DNA from: Myxococcales bacterium
Lineage (GTDB): Bacteria > Myxococcota_A > Polyangia > Polyangiales > DASUME01
Length of the DNA stretch: 64,000 bases
Direction of reading: 5' to 3'
Assembly (NCBI GenBank): GCA_047601445.1
Contig: JASGJH010000001.1
Location: forward strand, 1,408,001 to 1,472,000
The stretch's first letter is position 1. Each line of letters starts with the position of its first letter. Position numbers and translations under genes: made by a program. A model generated the notes under the pieces. That model saw only the letters and a program-made list of their open reading frames with translations. It had not been told where the DNA came from and did not search any database. Positions 28,793-38,110 of this stretch are shown here, in pieces.

Positions 28793-29751
28793 GGCTTCAC
28801 CGCCTGGGCGGTCGCTTGGGCCTTGGCCTCTGCCTTCTTCGGGAAGGCCGCGAGCAAGCGCGCGTCGCCCTCCCCGGCCCGCAAGCGTTCCTGCCACCCG
28901 GCCAGCGCGCGCAGCGCGTCCTCGGTGTTCAAGGCGTCGAGGCCGCGAATGATCTTCACTTTCGTGGCAGCCGGCACGTTGCTGCGCTGCAGCCATGCCC
29001 ACAGCGCGGGCTCGGTGGCCTTCACATCGCCTTTCGCGCGCGTGAGCAAGAAGTCCAGCTGCTTGCTGGTGCCCACCTTCGCGATCGCGGTCAGCGCTCC
29101 ATCGACCCCACGCTCGAGGGCCGTGGTGAGCGCAGCCAACGCGCGCGGATCACCCACGTTACCGAGCGCCTCGGCCGCCTGCGAGCGCACCTCGGGGCTC
29201 GGATCGTCCAGCGCGAAGAGCAGTGCGGACACCGTGCTGCGCACGCGTAGCTCGCCCAGCGCCGCCACCGCCTTCTGTCGAATCTGCCAGCGCCGATGCT
29301 GCGTGAGCTCCATCAGCACCGGCGTTGCCACTGGCTGATTCAGCGCGCCCAACAGCTCGATGGCCTGCTCCGCCAGCTGTGGCGGCAAGCCACCGCGCAC
29401 ACGCGCGACCACCGCCTCCGCGGCCGCGCGTCCGCCCAACTCACCGAACGTCACGAGCGACTCCTGAATCGCCACGAGGTCGGAGCCCTGGAGCTTGGCC
29501 TGCGCCTCCTTGAGGCCACGCGCGTGCTCCTCGGGCCCGATCACGGGTGTTTTGGGCGCGTTCGGCGGCGCGGCTGACGCCTGCGTGGCAGACGTTTTGC
29601 CGCTGCTCGCTTCCATCCGGGTCGCCGATGAAACCACGACCTGAGGAGACGTCACCGCCGAGGCTGTCGGTCCTTCCTGCGCCTGCCCCAACGAGGCCAA
29701 CCACAGGAGAGAACAACAAGTCCCGAGAACTTTCCCAACGCTGCGCGCCAA
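28789..29751 (-). CDS. HEAT-repeat protein (start uncertain)
   Basis: Repeats IRQKAVAALGEL, LDDPSPEVRSQAAEALGNVGD; ATGA overlap with the downstream gene. Confidence 0.75.
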   Translation of the reverse strand: MARSVGKVLGTCCSLLWLASLGQAQEGPTASAVTSPQVVVSSATRMEASSGKTSATQASAAPPNAPKTPVIGPEEHARGLKEAQAKLQGSDLVAIQESLVTFGELGGRAAAEAVVARVRGGLPPQLAEQAIELLGALNQPVATPVLMELTQHRRWQIRQKAVAALGELRVRSTVSALLFALDDPSPEVRSQAAEALGNVGDPRALAALTTALERGVDGALTAIAKVGTSKQLDFLLTRAKGDVKATEPALWAWLQRSNVPAATKVKIIRGLDALNTEDALRALAGWQERLRAGEGDARLLAAFPKKAEAKAQATAQAVKP

Positions 29752-29963
29752 AAGGCTCTCCTTGGGCGCGGCTCCCCCCGGAGCCGAGATGCCCTTACCA
29801 AGTACCAACAAGGCTACCACGCAGCCTGTTCTCAACTGTGCACCTGGACACCGCGCAGCCGCGAAATCAGTGGGCAGGTGCGCACACTTGACGCCGAGGT
29901 CGAGGGGTCTACCCAAGTGGGCGAGCACGGTTTCGCCGGCTCACGAGAGAGGAGGATTCGAAC

Positions 29964-30320
29964 ATGGCCTATGTAGACGGTTTCGTGGTTCCCGTGCCCA
30001 AGCAGAAGCTCGCTGAGTACAAGGAACTCGCGAAGAAATCAGGCGCGCTCTGGCGCGAGCACGGCGCGCTCGAATACCACGAGTGCGTGGCGGACGACGT
30101 GCAGCCGGGCAAGCTCACCTCGTTCCCCCAAAGCGTTCAACTCAAGGACGACGAGACCGTCGTCTTCGCGTGGATCACCTATCAGTCGCGAGCCCATCGC
30201 GATGAAGTGAACGCCAAGGTGATGGCGGACCCACGCATGAAAGACATGGACCCCAAGAGCTTGCCCTTCGACGGCCTGCGCATGTTCTGGGGCGGGTTCG
30301 CGCCACTGGTCGACGCCTGA
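29964..30320 (+). CDS. DUF1428 (YbaA) family protein
   Basis: MAYVDGFVVPVP..HGALEY.EC..DDV..GK.TSF..PFDG.RM.WGGF; GGAGG RBS. Confidence 0.9.
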   Translation: MAYVDGFVVPVPKQKLAEYKELAKKSGALWREHGALEYHECVADDVQPGKLTSFPQSVQLKDDETVVFAWITYQSRAHRDEVNAKVMADPRMKDMDPKSLPFDGLRMFWGGFAPLVDA

Positions 30321-30345
30321 CAGCGCAGTACTACGCTCGGGGTCC

Positions 30346-31128
30346 ATGCACGAGCTCACCTCGATCGCGTTTTCCCACTACGTCGAGAAGGCGCGCTGGG
30401 CCCTGGAGCGTTTCGGCGTCTCCTACACCGACCATCGCTACCTCCCTTTTGTCCATTTCGCGGCCGTGTACCGCTTGCACGGCGGCAAACACGGCCGCGT
30501 CGACAAGGCGTCCACGCGCTTCTCCACGCCCGTACTGAAGACCCCCGAGGGCCAGCTGGTGTGCGACTCAGCGGACATCCTTCATTACGTCTCCGAGCGC
30601 TTCGCTCCGCCGGGCTTCGACCTCTATCCCACCCCCGAGGTCGCCGCCGTCGAGCGCAAGCTCCACGACGACCTCGGCCCCCACACACGGCGTGCGGCCT
30701 ATGGCGCGTGCTTCGCGGACCCCAGCATTCTGCGCGACCTCGCGCGGCATAACGTCGGGCCCATCCAGAGCGGCCTGTTCGTGGCTGCGTTGCCGCTCGG
30801 CATCGGCGGTCTGCGCAAAGCCCTCAACATCGACGATCGCGCCGTCGCCCGCTCCGTCGAACGCATCAAGCGCGAGTTCGATACGGTCTCGAGCGTGCTA
30901 GCGGATGGACGCCGTTACCTGGTCGGTGAGCGCTTCACTGCAGCTGACCTGGCCTTCGCCTGCATGGCCGCGCCGGTGATTTTTCCGCCCGAGTACAGCG
31001 CGTGGATGCCGCCGCTCGAGAGGCTCCCCCGCTTCGCCCGCGAGCTCACCGAGGAAATGCGTACGACGCGTGCGGGGGCCCATGCGTTGCGCATGTTCCG
31101 TGAAGAGCGCCACCGCGTGCTCGTGTAG
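30346..31128 (+). CDS. Glutathione S-transferase family protein
   Basis: SHYVEKARWAL, TPVL, DSADIL, YLVGERFTAADLAFA. Confidence 0.85.
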   Translation: MHELTSIAFSHYVEKARWALERFGVSYTDHRYLPFVHFAAVYRLHGGKHGRVDKASTRFSTPVLKTPEGQLVCDSADILHYVSERFAPPGFDLYPTPEVAAVERKLHDDLGPHTRRAAYGACFADPSILRDLARHNVGPIQSGLFVAALPLGIGGLRKALNIDDRAVARSVERIKREFDTVSSVLADGRRYLVGERFTAADLAFACMAAPVIFPPEYSAWMPPLERLPRFARELTEEMRTTRAGAHALRMFREERHRVLV

Positions 31129-31146
31129 CCGCGCGGCGTGGGGCGC

Positions 31147-32073
31147 TCAGGGCGTCATCGTCATGCCGCCCGTGCTGGTGTCGACCTTGCCCTCGCTCTT
31201 CCAGATCGCCCACCAGTAGCCCTTGCCACCGAGCGGGATGTTCGGATAGGGCGACATCAGCGTGGTCTTTTCCTTGAGCTCCCAGGTGCTGGGCCAGTTG
31301 GGCTTCGGGAACTTGGTCCCAGCCACGGCATCGCCCACGGCAGCGGTGGCGAGCACCGGCGCGTCGTCGTCGCACTTGGGGAACTTCTTGGCGCCCTTCT
31401 GGCAAGGGAACGAGCTCGTGTCGACATCGTACTTGCCGAACACAGGTCCTTCGAAGTCTGCCGTGGACACGCCGGGGATATTTAGCAGCACCGCGTAGCC
31501 GCCGGTCATGGTGGCCTTGAACTCCAGCGTGCGGCAGTCGAGCTTGCCCGTGAGCTTCCCTTCGAAGGGGAACAGGCCGTCCGCCGTGCCCTTCACGTAG
31601 CCGTCCTGGATGGTGAGCTCGTCGTAGAACTCCTGTCCCGGCACCGGCTCCTCGCCGTCGGAGTTGAGCGTGAAGTAGAGGCCAGGCTTGCCCTCTAGGC
31701 CGCCCAGCGCCCAGACCGGGATCGGCGACGTGGCGCCGGTGTACGAGGAGAAGTAGTAGCCGAAGAACTCGCCCTCGTAATAGCCAGGCTTGCAGTCGCC
31801 CACGATGGCTCCGCTGCTCTCGCAGCTGCAGCTCGTCCAGTAGCCACCGGTGCAGTAGCGCATGCCGGTGCCTGCTTCGCCGTCACCACCGTCGCAGCTG
31901 CACTCTTCTTCGCCGTCACCCTCGCACTCGCCGCCGCCACCGGAGCCGTCGTCGCCGTCGCCGGTCGAGCCCTGGGAGCCGCCGACGACGGTGGCAGGGG
32001 AGTCGCCGCAAGCCGACAGGAGGGCGGCGCTGGAAGCAGCCGCAAAAGCCAAAAGATAAGAAGGGATGCGCAT
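31147..32073 (-). CDS. Cys-rich secreted lipoprotein, hypothetical
   Basis: MRIPSYLLAFAAASSAALLSAC lipobox; Gly/Asp linker; C..G....CSC...G...C..G.W.SC.C module. Confidence 0.72.
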   Translation of the reverse strand: MRIPSYLLAFAAASSAALLSACGDSPATVVGGSQGSTGDGDDGSGGGGECEGDGEEECSCDGGDGEAGTGMRYCTGGYWTSCSCESSGAIVGDCKPGYYEGEFFGYYFSSYTGATSPIPVWALGGLEGKPGLYFTLNSDGEEPVPGQEFYDELTIQDGYVKGTADGLFPFEGKLTGKLDCRTLEFKATMTGGYAVLLNIPGVSTADFEGPVFGKYDVDTSSFPCQKGAKKFPKCDDDAPVLATAAVGDAVAGTKFPKPNWPSTWELKEKTTLMSPYPNIPLGGKGYWWAIWKSEGKVDTSTGGMTMTP

Positions 32074-32305
32074 TATTTCTGAGTAAGGAAATTGCTGCCA
32101 CAACACAACGGCTGCGGTGACCCCGCGCGTTGACATCTATGACCAAGTGCGGCGTGAGACACCCATTTGGTACTGTCCCTCACCCACGCCTTGGATGCTT
32201 TCGCCCAATCGAGCACGTCCCCGGGTCCCGGGAGGGCTGGCCGGTGCGGACCTGCCGTGGCCGTTTCGAACGACTCCTCCCGCTAGAATGTAGGGCGAGG
32301 TGGGG

Positions 32306-33079
32306 ATGGCTTGGTGGCGCGAGGTCGACGAAGTGCTCGTGGGCGTGGCCCTGCTCTGCTTGCTGCTGGGGGCTGCCGAGGCCGGCTTTCGGCTTTCGCG
32401 GCGGGTGCGCGGCCCGGGGGAGCAACCGGCCCAGGAAGTCTCGTCCATGCAGGGGGCCGTGCTGGGCCTGCTCGCCCTGCTGCTCGGCTTCACGTTCTCG
32501 CTCGCCATGTCGCGCTTCGAGGCACGCAAGGAGTTGATCCGCGACGAGGCCAACGCCATCGGCACTTTCTCGCTTCGTACCCAGCTCTTGCCCGAGGCGA
32601 GTCGCGCCAAGATCTCGAAGCTGATGCGTCCCTATCTCGAGACCTGTGTCGAGCTACAGACCGACGGCTATCGGCCCGAGCGGGTCGCCGTGACGCATCG
32701 AGCGGCCTTGAAGCTCCAGGATCAGATTTGGTCCGAAGCCATGCAGGCAGCGCGCGCTGCGCCCGAGTCCGAGATGATGGCCTTGTTGGTCGACTCCTTG
32801 AACACCATGATCGACCTGCACGGCATGCAGATGGCAGCCCTGCGCAACCGCGTGCCGGTCTCCATCTTCCTGCTGCTCGTGAGCGTAGCCGTGGCTTCGC
32901 TCGGCTTGACCGGCTACGCCTCCGGCACGAGCCACCGCGAGAACATGACGCTCACGGTGGTCGTATCGGTGCTGATTACGGCGGTCATCATGCTGATCTT
33001 CGATCTGCACCGGCCCGCTCGAGGCCTCATCACGGTCGACCTGGGGAATCTGGTCGAGTTGCGCGAGAGCCTGCGTTAG
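32306..33079 (+). CDS. DUF4239-like (bestrophin-like) membrane protein
   Basis: AVLGLLALLLGFTFSLAMSRFEARK, EANAIGT, LIFDLHRP.RG.I. Confidence 0.78.
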   Translation: MAWWREVDEVLVGVALLCLLLGAAEAGFRLSRRVRGPGEQPAQEVSSMQGAVLGLLALLLGFTFSLAMSRFEARKELIRDEANAIGTFSLRTQLLPEASRAKISKLMRPYLETCVELQTDGYRPERVAVTHRAALKLQDQIWSEAMQAARAAPESEMMALLVDSLNTMIDLHGMQMAALRNRVPVSIFLLLVSVAVASLGLTGYASGTSHRENMTLTVVVSVLITAVIMLIFDLHRPARGLITVDLGNLVELRESLR

Positions 33080-33101
33080 CTCGCGCGCGGAGCCGCTGGG
33101 C

Positions 33102-34349
33102 TCAGCCGTAGACGGGGAAAGCGCGCGTCAGCGCCGACACGCGCTCGCGCACGCGGGCGATGTTCTGCTCGTCGCGCGGGGCGTCGAGCACGTCGGCGAT
33201 GAGGTTCGCCGTGAGCACGGCCTCTTCCTCGCGGAAGCCGCGGGTGGTCATGGCGGGGGTGCCGAGGCGGATGCCGCTCGTGACCATGGGCTTCTCGGGA
33301 TCCTTGGGGATCGCGTTCTTGTTGCACGTAATGTGGGCCTGGCCGAGCACGGCCTCGGCTTCCTTGCCGGTGATGCCCTTGGGGCGCAGGTCCACCAACA
33401 TGACGTGGCTCTCCGTGCGCCCCGACACGATACGAAGTCCGCGCGCGGTGAGCTGGGTCGCCAGAGCGGCCGCGTTCTTCACCACCTGCTGCTGGTAGGT
33501 CTTGAACTCGGGCTGCAGTGCTTCCTGAAAGGCCACCGCCTTGCCGGCGATGACGTGCATCAGCGGGCCGCCCTGCAGGCCGGGGAAAACGGCGCTGTTG
33601 ATGGCCTTGGCCAGGTGCTCCTTCATCATGATGATGCCGCCGCGCGGGCCGCGCAGGCTCTTGTGGGTGGTGGAGGTGACCACGTCCGCGTGAGGCACCG
33701 GGTTCGGGTACACGCCGGCGGCGACCAGACCCGCGTAGTGCGCGATGTCCACCATGAAGTGCGCGCCGACCTCCTTGGCCACGCGGGCGAAGCGCTCGAA
33801 GTCGATACGCAGCGCGTAGGCCGAGGCGCCCGCGATGATGAGCTTGGGCTTGTGCTCACGGGCCAGGCGCTCCATGGCCTCGTAGTCGATGGCTTCCTGG
33901 GCATCGAGGCCGTAGCTCACCACCTTGAACCACTTGCCGCTCATGTTGAGGGGCATGCCGTGGGTGAGGTGACCGCCCTCGGCCAGGCTCATGCCCATGA
34001 TGGTGTCGCCCGGCTGCAGCAGCGCGAAGAACACGCCCTGGTTGGCCTGGGAACCCGAGTTGGGCTGGACGTTGGCGTGCTCGGCGCCGAACAGCTTCTT
34101 GAGGCGGTCGATGGCCAGCTGCTCCACCACGTCGACGTGCTCGCAGCCGCCGTAGTAGCGCTTACCAGGGTAGCCCTCGGCGTACTTGTTGGTGAGCTGA
34201 GAACCCTGCGCCGCGAGAACCGCGGGCGAGGTGTAGTTCTCGGACGCGATCAGCTCGATGTGCTCTTCCTGGCGGCGGTTCTCCGCCTCGATGGCAGCGG
34301 CGATCTCGGGATCGATGGCGGACAGAGCGTACTTGGAACGATCGAACAT
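33102..34349 (-). CDS. glyA: Serine hydroxymethyltransferase
   Basis: [40 protein letters not shown] (PLP Lys), [12 protein letters not shown] 34349 with GAGG RBS. Confidence 0.97.
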   Translation of the reverse strand: MFDRSKYALSAIDPEIAAAIEAENRRQEEHIELIASENYTSPAVLAAQGSQLTNKYAEGYPGKRYYGGCEHVDVVEQLAIDRLKKLFGAEHANVQPNSGSQANQGVFFALLQPGDTIMGMSLAEGGHLTHGMPLNMSGKWFKVVSYGLDAQEAIDYEAMERLAREHKPKLIIAGASAYALRIDFERFARVAKEVGAHFMVDIAHYAGLVAAGVYPNPVPHADVVTSTTHKSLRGPRGGIIMMKEHLAKAINSAVFPGLQGGPLMHVIAGKAVAFQEALQPEFKTYQQQVVKNAAALATQLTARGLRIVSGRTESHVMLVDLRPKGITGKEAEAVLGQAHITCNKNAIPKDPEKPMVTSGIRLGTPAMTTRGFREEEAVLTANLIADVLDAPRDEQNIARVRERVSALTRAFPVYG

Positions 34350-34464
34350 GGGTGTGACCTCGCCTCTTGAAAAGCTTGTGTCCCGCTGCACCGCGAGCCC
34401 CCGCGCCGAATGACTCGGACGGGTGAATCGGGCGCTTCGCCTGGAGACGGCGAACACGCGGATG

Positions 34465-34578
34465 GCCCAGGCGAACGACACAAGACGGCTGCAGGGACGT
34501 CCTACAGTGGTCGCGCTTCCCGGTGGTAGCCCACCTCGGGCCCCCGGAGGAGAGCCCTTCATCGCCAGTCGCGCAACG
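34465..34578 (-). ncRNA. ZMP/ZTP riboswitch (pfl motif) upstream of glyA
   Basis: Minus strand GCGCGACTGGCGA...GGTGGGCTACCACCGGGAAGCGCG...GTCGTTCGCCTGGGC matches the pfl consensus (GACTGGCG / CGCCTGGGC pseudoknot); glyA is a typical target. Confidence 0.88.
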
Positions 34579-34669
34579 GGACCGAGTGTAGCCGAAGAGA
34601 CGGCGGGCGGCAGGTCGGACGGGCATGGAGAGACAGCCACCGAGCCGGAAACCGAGGCGGTCACGGTGC

Positions 34670-34848
34670 CGGTGGCCGTGGCGGTGGGGGTGGCCGTAGC
34701 GGTTGTGGCCGGAACAGTGCTGGTGACGGGAGACCGTGGCCGTGGCTTCGGGCACGACCCCGGGGCGGGCACGGTCCCGATCACAGCCACGGTCTCCGGC
34801 CACCAACACCGTCTCTGCCACGGCCACGGCCACCGTCACGGCCACCGC
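34670..34848. repeat. Long imperfect palindromic intergenic element built from hexamer-like units (GTGGCC/GGCCAC)
   Basis: Arms 34717-34744 and 34782-34809 are reverse complements with 4 mismatches in 28; outer arms CGGTGGCCGTG.. and ..CACGGCCACCG also pair. Confidence 0.7.
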
Positions 34849-34942
34849 AAGAAGGGCATCGGCGCAGGTTCCGGTGACGCCTTCACTCGCGTAAGATGGG
34901 CGGCTGCCGCGGGGTGGCTGTCGGCCGCGGGGTAGAGCCTTT

Positions 34943-36136
34943 GTGACGATCGCTGAAAGCCTTAGAGTCGAACCGGCGGGACGTGCGACGCCGCTGAAGG
35001 AGGTGCAGCCGGACCGGCTGGCCTATCTCGACGGCCTGCGTGCCATGGCCTCTCTCTACGTGGTGGTGTTCCACGCGGTGATCGGCTTCCCCCGCGGGGA
35101 GCTCAGCGGGGCCTGGCGCCTGCTCAGGCGCTTGAGTGCGTTCGGACACGAAGCCGTCGCGGTGTTCATCGTGCTCTCGGGCTATTGCCTGATGCTGCCA
35201 GCCCTGCGCGATGGGACCTATCGCCTCCCCCGCAGCCTGGGCAGCTTCGTCGGGCGCCGCGCATTTCGGATCCTACCTCCCTACTACGCCACGCTCGGCA
35301 TCTCGCTGCTGCTCCTGTGGAGCCTCCCCTTGCTGCGGGAGCGCACCGGGACCAGCTGGGATGATTCGTTGCCAGGCCTCGCCTGGCCGCCCGTGCTCGC
35401 TCACCTGCTGCTCGTGCACAACTGGCTTCCGGATCTCGCGGTGCAGATCAACGGCCCGCTCTGGAGCGTGGCCACCGAGTGGCAGATCTACTTCTTCTTC
35501 CCCTTGCTCTTGCTTCCGCTCTGGCGTCGCCTGGGGCCCTTGCCCACCTTGGCCATCGCGACCTTGGTCGGTTACGCACCTTGGCTGTTCCTGCGTGAGG
35601 CGGCCAACGTGGCCATCCCGTGGTACCTCGGACTGTTCGCGTTCGGCATGTTCGCCGCCGCCATCAACCGCTCTCCCCATCCCCGCGAGCGCGCCCTACT
35701 GGACCGCATTGCATGGGATCGCCTGACCACCGGCTTGTGGGTCGCCGTCGCCATCGGTGGCATTCCCTTCGGGGCCCTCTGGTTTCAGTTCAAGCCCCTG
35801 ACGGACCTCCTCGTGGGCATCGCCAGCGCCAGCATGCTGGTCCACATCACGCGCGCCGCCGACCGGGGCGAGCCGAGTCGCCTACTCGCCTGGTTCAACA
35901 CGCGGCCGGCGCTCCAGCTCGGTCATTTCTCCTACAGTCTCTATCTCACGCACCTGCCTGTACTCGCGCTCTGCTTCCACCTGCTCGATCGCTGGGCGCT
36001 CTCGCCCCACGTTCATTCGCTGCTGATGGTGGCCTTCGGCATGCCGGCGTCGCTGCTGTTTGCCTACGCTTTTTACTGGCTCGTCGAACGTCACTGTCTA
36101 ACCCAACCCGCGGCGCTGCGTCGGCTCCTGTCCTGA
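34943..36136 (+). CDS. Acyltransferase family 3 (OafA-like) membrane O-acyltransferase
   Basis: LDGLRAMA..VVVFH, AVFIVLSGY, RRAFRILPPY, LWSVATEWQIY, SYSLYLTHLP, YWLVER. Confidence 0.9.
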   Translation: MTIAESLRVEPAGRATPLKEVQPDRLAYLDGLRAMASLYVVVFHAVIGFPRGELSGAWRLLRRLSAFGHEAVAVFIVLSGYCLMLPALRDGTYRLPRSLGSFVGRRAFRILPPYYATLGISLLLLWSLPLLRERTGTSWDDSLPGLAWPPVLAHLLLVHNWLPDLAVQINGPLWSVATEWQIYFFFPLLLLPLWRRLGPLPTLAIATLVGYAPWLFLREAANVAIPWYLGLFAFGMFAAAINRSPHPRERALLDRIAWDRLTTGLWVAVAIGGIPFGALWFQFKPLTDLLVGIASASMLVHITRAADRGEPSRLLAWFNTRPALQLGHFSYSLYLTHLPVLALCFHLLDRWALSPHVHSLLMVAFGMPASLLFAYAFYWLVERHCLTQPAALRRLLS

Positions 36137-36194
36137 ATGGCGTTGGAGCCGGGTGCGGCACGGGTGCAGCGCTGGCTCCGTCGCGATGGCGTTG

Positions 36195-36210
36195 CTAAAG
36201 TTTTTCTTAG
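36195..36210 (+). promoter_or_regulatory. AT-rich 16-bp motif CTAAAGTTTTTCTTAG upstream of the PNPOx-like operon
   Basis: Matches two motifs upstream of the cytochrome c gene (consensus CTWARRKYTTYCTWAG). Confidence 0.5.
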
Positions 36211-36223
36211 CCCTCAGGGAGTC

Positions 36224-36727
36224 ATGGTCGTCCTTCCCCAAGTACTCGTGCCCTTCCTCGAAGGCGGCAACTCCCTGCTCGTGGGCACCTGCGACTCGAA
36301 CCGCATGCCCCAAGTGGCGCGCGCCGTCGGCTTGAAGGTGGCCACCGACCGCAGTCGCTTCACCCTGTTCCTGCCCGAACGCACGGCGGCCCGCTCGCTG
36401 GCGGCCCTGGCCCAAGTGCCGTTGTTGGCGGTCACGTGCTCGGAGCCACCCACGCACCGCACCGTGCAGGTAAAGGGCAAGGTCGTGGCCCTACGGGCGC
36501 CCAATGCAGAAGAACAGGCCTGGGTACTGAGCTATCCGGATCGCTTCGCGAACGTGGTGGCCTATGCCGGGCTCGCGCGCGCCACGGTGATGCGCCTTCA
36601 CGTTTGGCCGGCCCGCGCCATCGACGTGGAAGCGACGGATCTGTTCGACCAGACGCCAGGCCCCAAGGCCGGCGCGCCGCTCGACCCGGGTAGCTTCGAG
36701 GGCGCCAAGAAGCCGGTGCATCCATGA
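36224..36727 (+). CDS. Pyridoxamine 5'-phosphate oxidase-like split-barrel (flavin-binding) protein
   Basis: LLVGTCDSNRMPQVARA, THRTVQVKG, LFDQTPGPKAG; ATG 36224 after GGGAG. Confidence 0.72.
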   Translation: MVVLPQVLVPFLEGGNSLLVGTCDSNRMPQVARAVGLKVATDRSRFTLFLPERTAARSLAALAQVPLLAVTCSEPPTHRTVQVKGKVVALRAPNAEEQAWVLSYPDRFANVVAYAGLARATVMRLHVWPARAIDVEATDLFDQTPGPKAGAPLDPGSFEGAKKPVHP

Positions 36728-38103
36728 GCAATCTGAGCCTGAGCTCCCTGATGCACTGCTTTCAAGGTGTCACTCCCTGCAGCGTCGCCACCTGCTCGCG
36801 CGACGGGGTCCCGAACGTGACCTACCTGAGCCAGCTCTTCTACGTGGACGCGAAGCACCTGGCGATGTCTTGCCAGTTCTTCAACAAGACGCGACGCAAC
36901 CTCGATGAGCACCCCTATGCGGCGGTCCAGGTCTATGACCCTACCTGCTTCGAGGCCTACGAGATTCACCTCAAGTTCGTGCGCTCCGAGACCTCCGGGC
37001 CGCTGTTCGATCAGATGTCGCTGCGCATCGACGCCATCGCCTCGCACTCGGGCATGGCGGGCGTGTTCAAGCTGCTCTCAGCCGACGTCTGCGAAGTGCT
37101 CTCGGTGGAACGCATCGAAGGCTTTTTGGAGCCCAACCAGGCCGCACCCGACGCGGTAGAGAACGACCAGGCCGCGCTGCGCAACGAGCTGCGTGCGCTC
37201 CAGGTCATCGGCGAGCGCGTGTGTCGCGCCCCGGATCTCGAAACGCTGCTCGACCGTACGCTGGAGTCCCTCGACGAGCTGCTCGGCATCCAGAACTCTC
37301 TCGTGCTCCTGACGGACGACGACGACAGGCTAGTCACCATCGCCAGCCACGGCTACGGCGAAGCCGGCATCGGCGCCGAGGTCGCGCTCGGCGAAGGCTT
37401 GATCGGCACGGTGGCCCGTGAGCGGCGCAGCTTACGCGTCTCCGGCATGCGCGAGGGTTTGCGCTACGGGCGTGCCATCCGCGACCGCGTGGTCGAGCAA
37501 GGCGGTACGAGCCAGCTGCGCCCGGAGATCCCACTGCCAGGACTTCCGGATGCGGGCTCCCAAATCGCCCTCCCCTTGATCGTCCAGGATCAGCTGCTCG
37601 GCGTGTTGGCCGCGGAGAGCAAGCGGGTGCTCGGATTGGCCGACTGGCAGGAGGCCATGCTCGAGGTGGTGGCGACCCAGCTCGCCGTGGGCATCGACCG
37701 CCTGCTCGAGGAAGAAGACGAGGAAGAAGAAACCGAGCCCATGCGGCCTTCCATGCTCGGGTTCAGCAAGGCACCGCCGCGACGCTTCACCTTCTATCGC
37801 AACGACGACTGTGTGTTCGTGGACGGCGAGTACTTGATCCGCAACGTACCCGGAAAGCTCCTCTGGAAGCTGCTCAAGGCCTACCAGGAGCAGGCTCGTC
37901 AGGAGTTCTCGAACCGCGAGCTCCGGCTCGATCCGTGGCTAGGTTTGCCGGCCGTTAAGGACAATCTCGAGAGCCGCCTGATCTTGCTGCGCAAGCGCCT
38001 GCAGGAGAAGTGCCCCGACATACGGCTGGTGCCCGTACGCCGAGGTCATTTCGCGCTGGAGCTCGACCGGCCCATCGAGCTCTCCGAGCGCGACTCCGCC
38101 TGA
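36724..38103 (+). CDS. PNPOx-like + GAF + OmpR-like winged-helix one-component regulator
   Basis: N-terminal VATCSRDGVPNVTYLSQ..QFFNKTRRN; GAF GEGLIGTVA..SQIALPL..LLGVL; C-terminal VFVDGEYLI..LLWKLL..FSNRELR..NLESRLILLRKRL..RRGHF; ATGA overlap. Confidence 0.78.
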   Translation: MSNLSLSSLMHCFQGVTPCSVATCSRDGVPNVTYLSQLFYVDAKHLAMSCQFFNKTRRNLDEHPYAAVQVYDPTCFEAYEIHLKFVRSETSGPLFDQMSLRIDAIASHSGMAGVFKLLSADVCEVLSVERIEGFLEPNQAAPDAVENDQAALRNELRALQVIGERVCRAPDLETLLDRTLESLDELLGIQNSLVLLTDDDDRLVTIASHGYGEAGIGAEVALGEGLIGTVARERRSLRVSGMREGLRYGRAIRDRVVEQGGTSQLRPEIPLPGLPDAGSQIALPLIVQDQLLGVLAAESKRVLGLADWQEAMLEVVATQLAVGIDRLLEEEDEEEETEPMRPSMLGFSKAPPRRFTFYRNDDCVFVDGEYLIRNVPGKLLWKLLKAYQEQARQEFSNRELRLDPWLGLPAVKDNLESRLILLRKRLQEKCPDIRLVPVRRGHFALELDRPIELSERDSA

Positions 38104-38110
38104 GTGGAGC

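Noticed and set aside
34350..34790. 147-aa Thr/Ala-rich N-terminal extension on GlyA
   Set aside because: It spans the ZTP riboswitch and the palindromic repeat; the RBS supports ATG 34349
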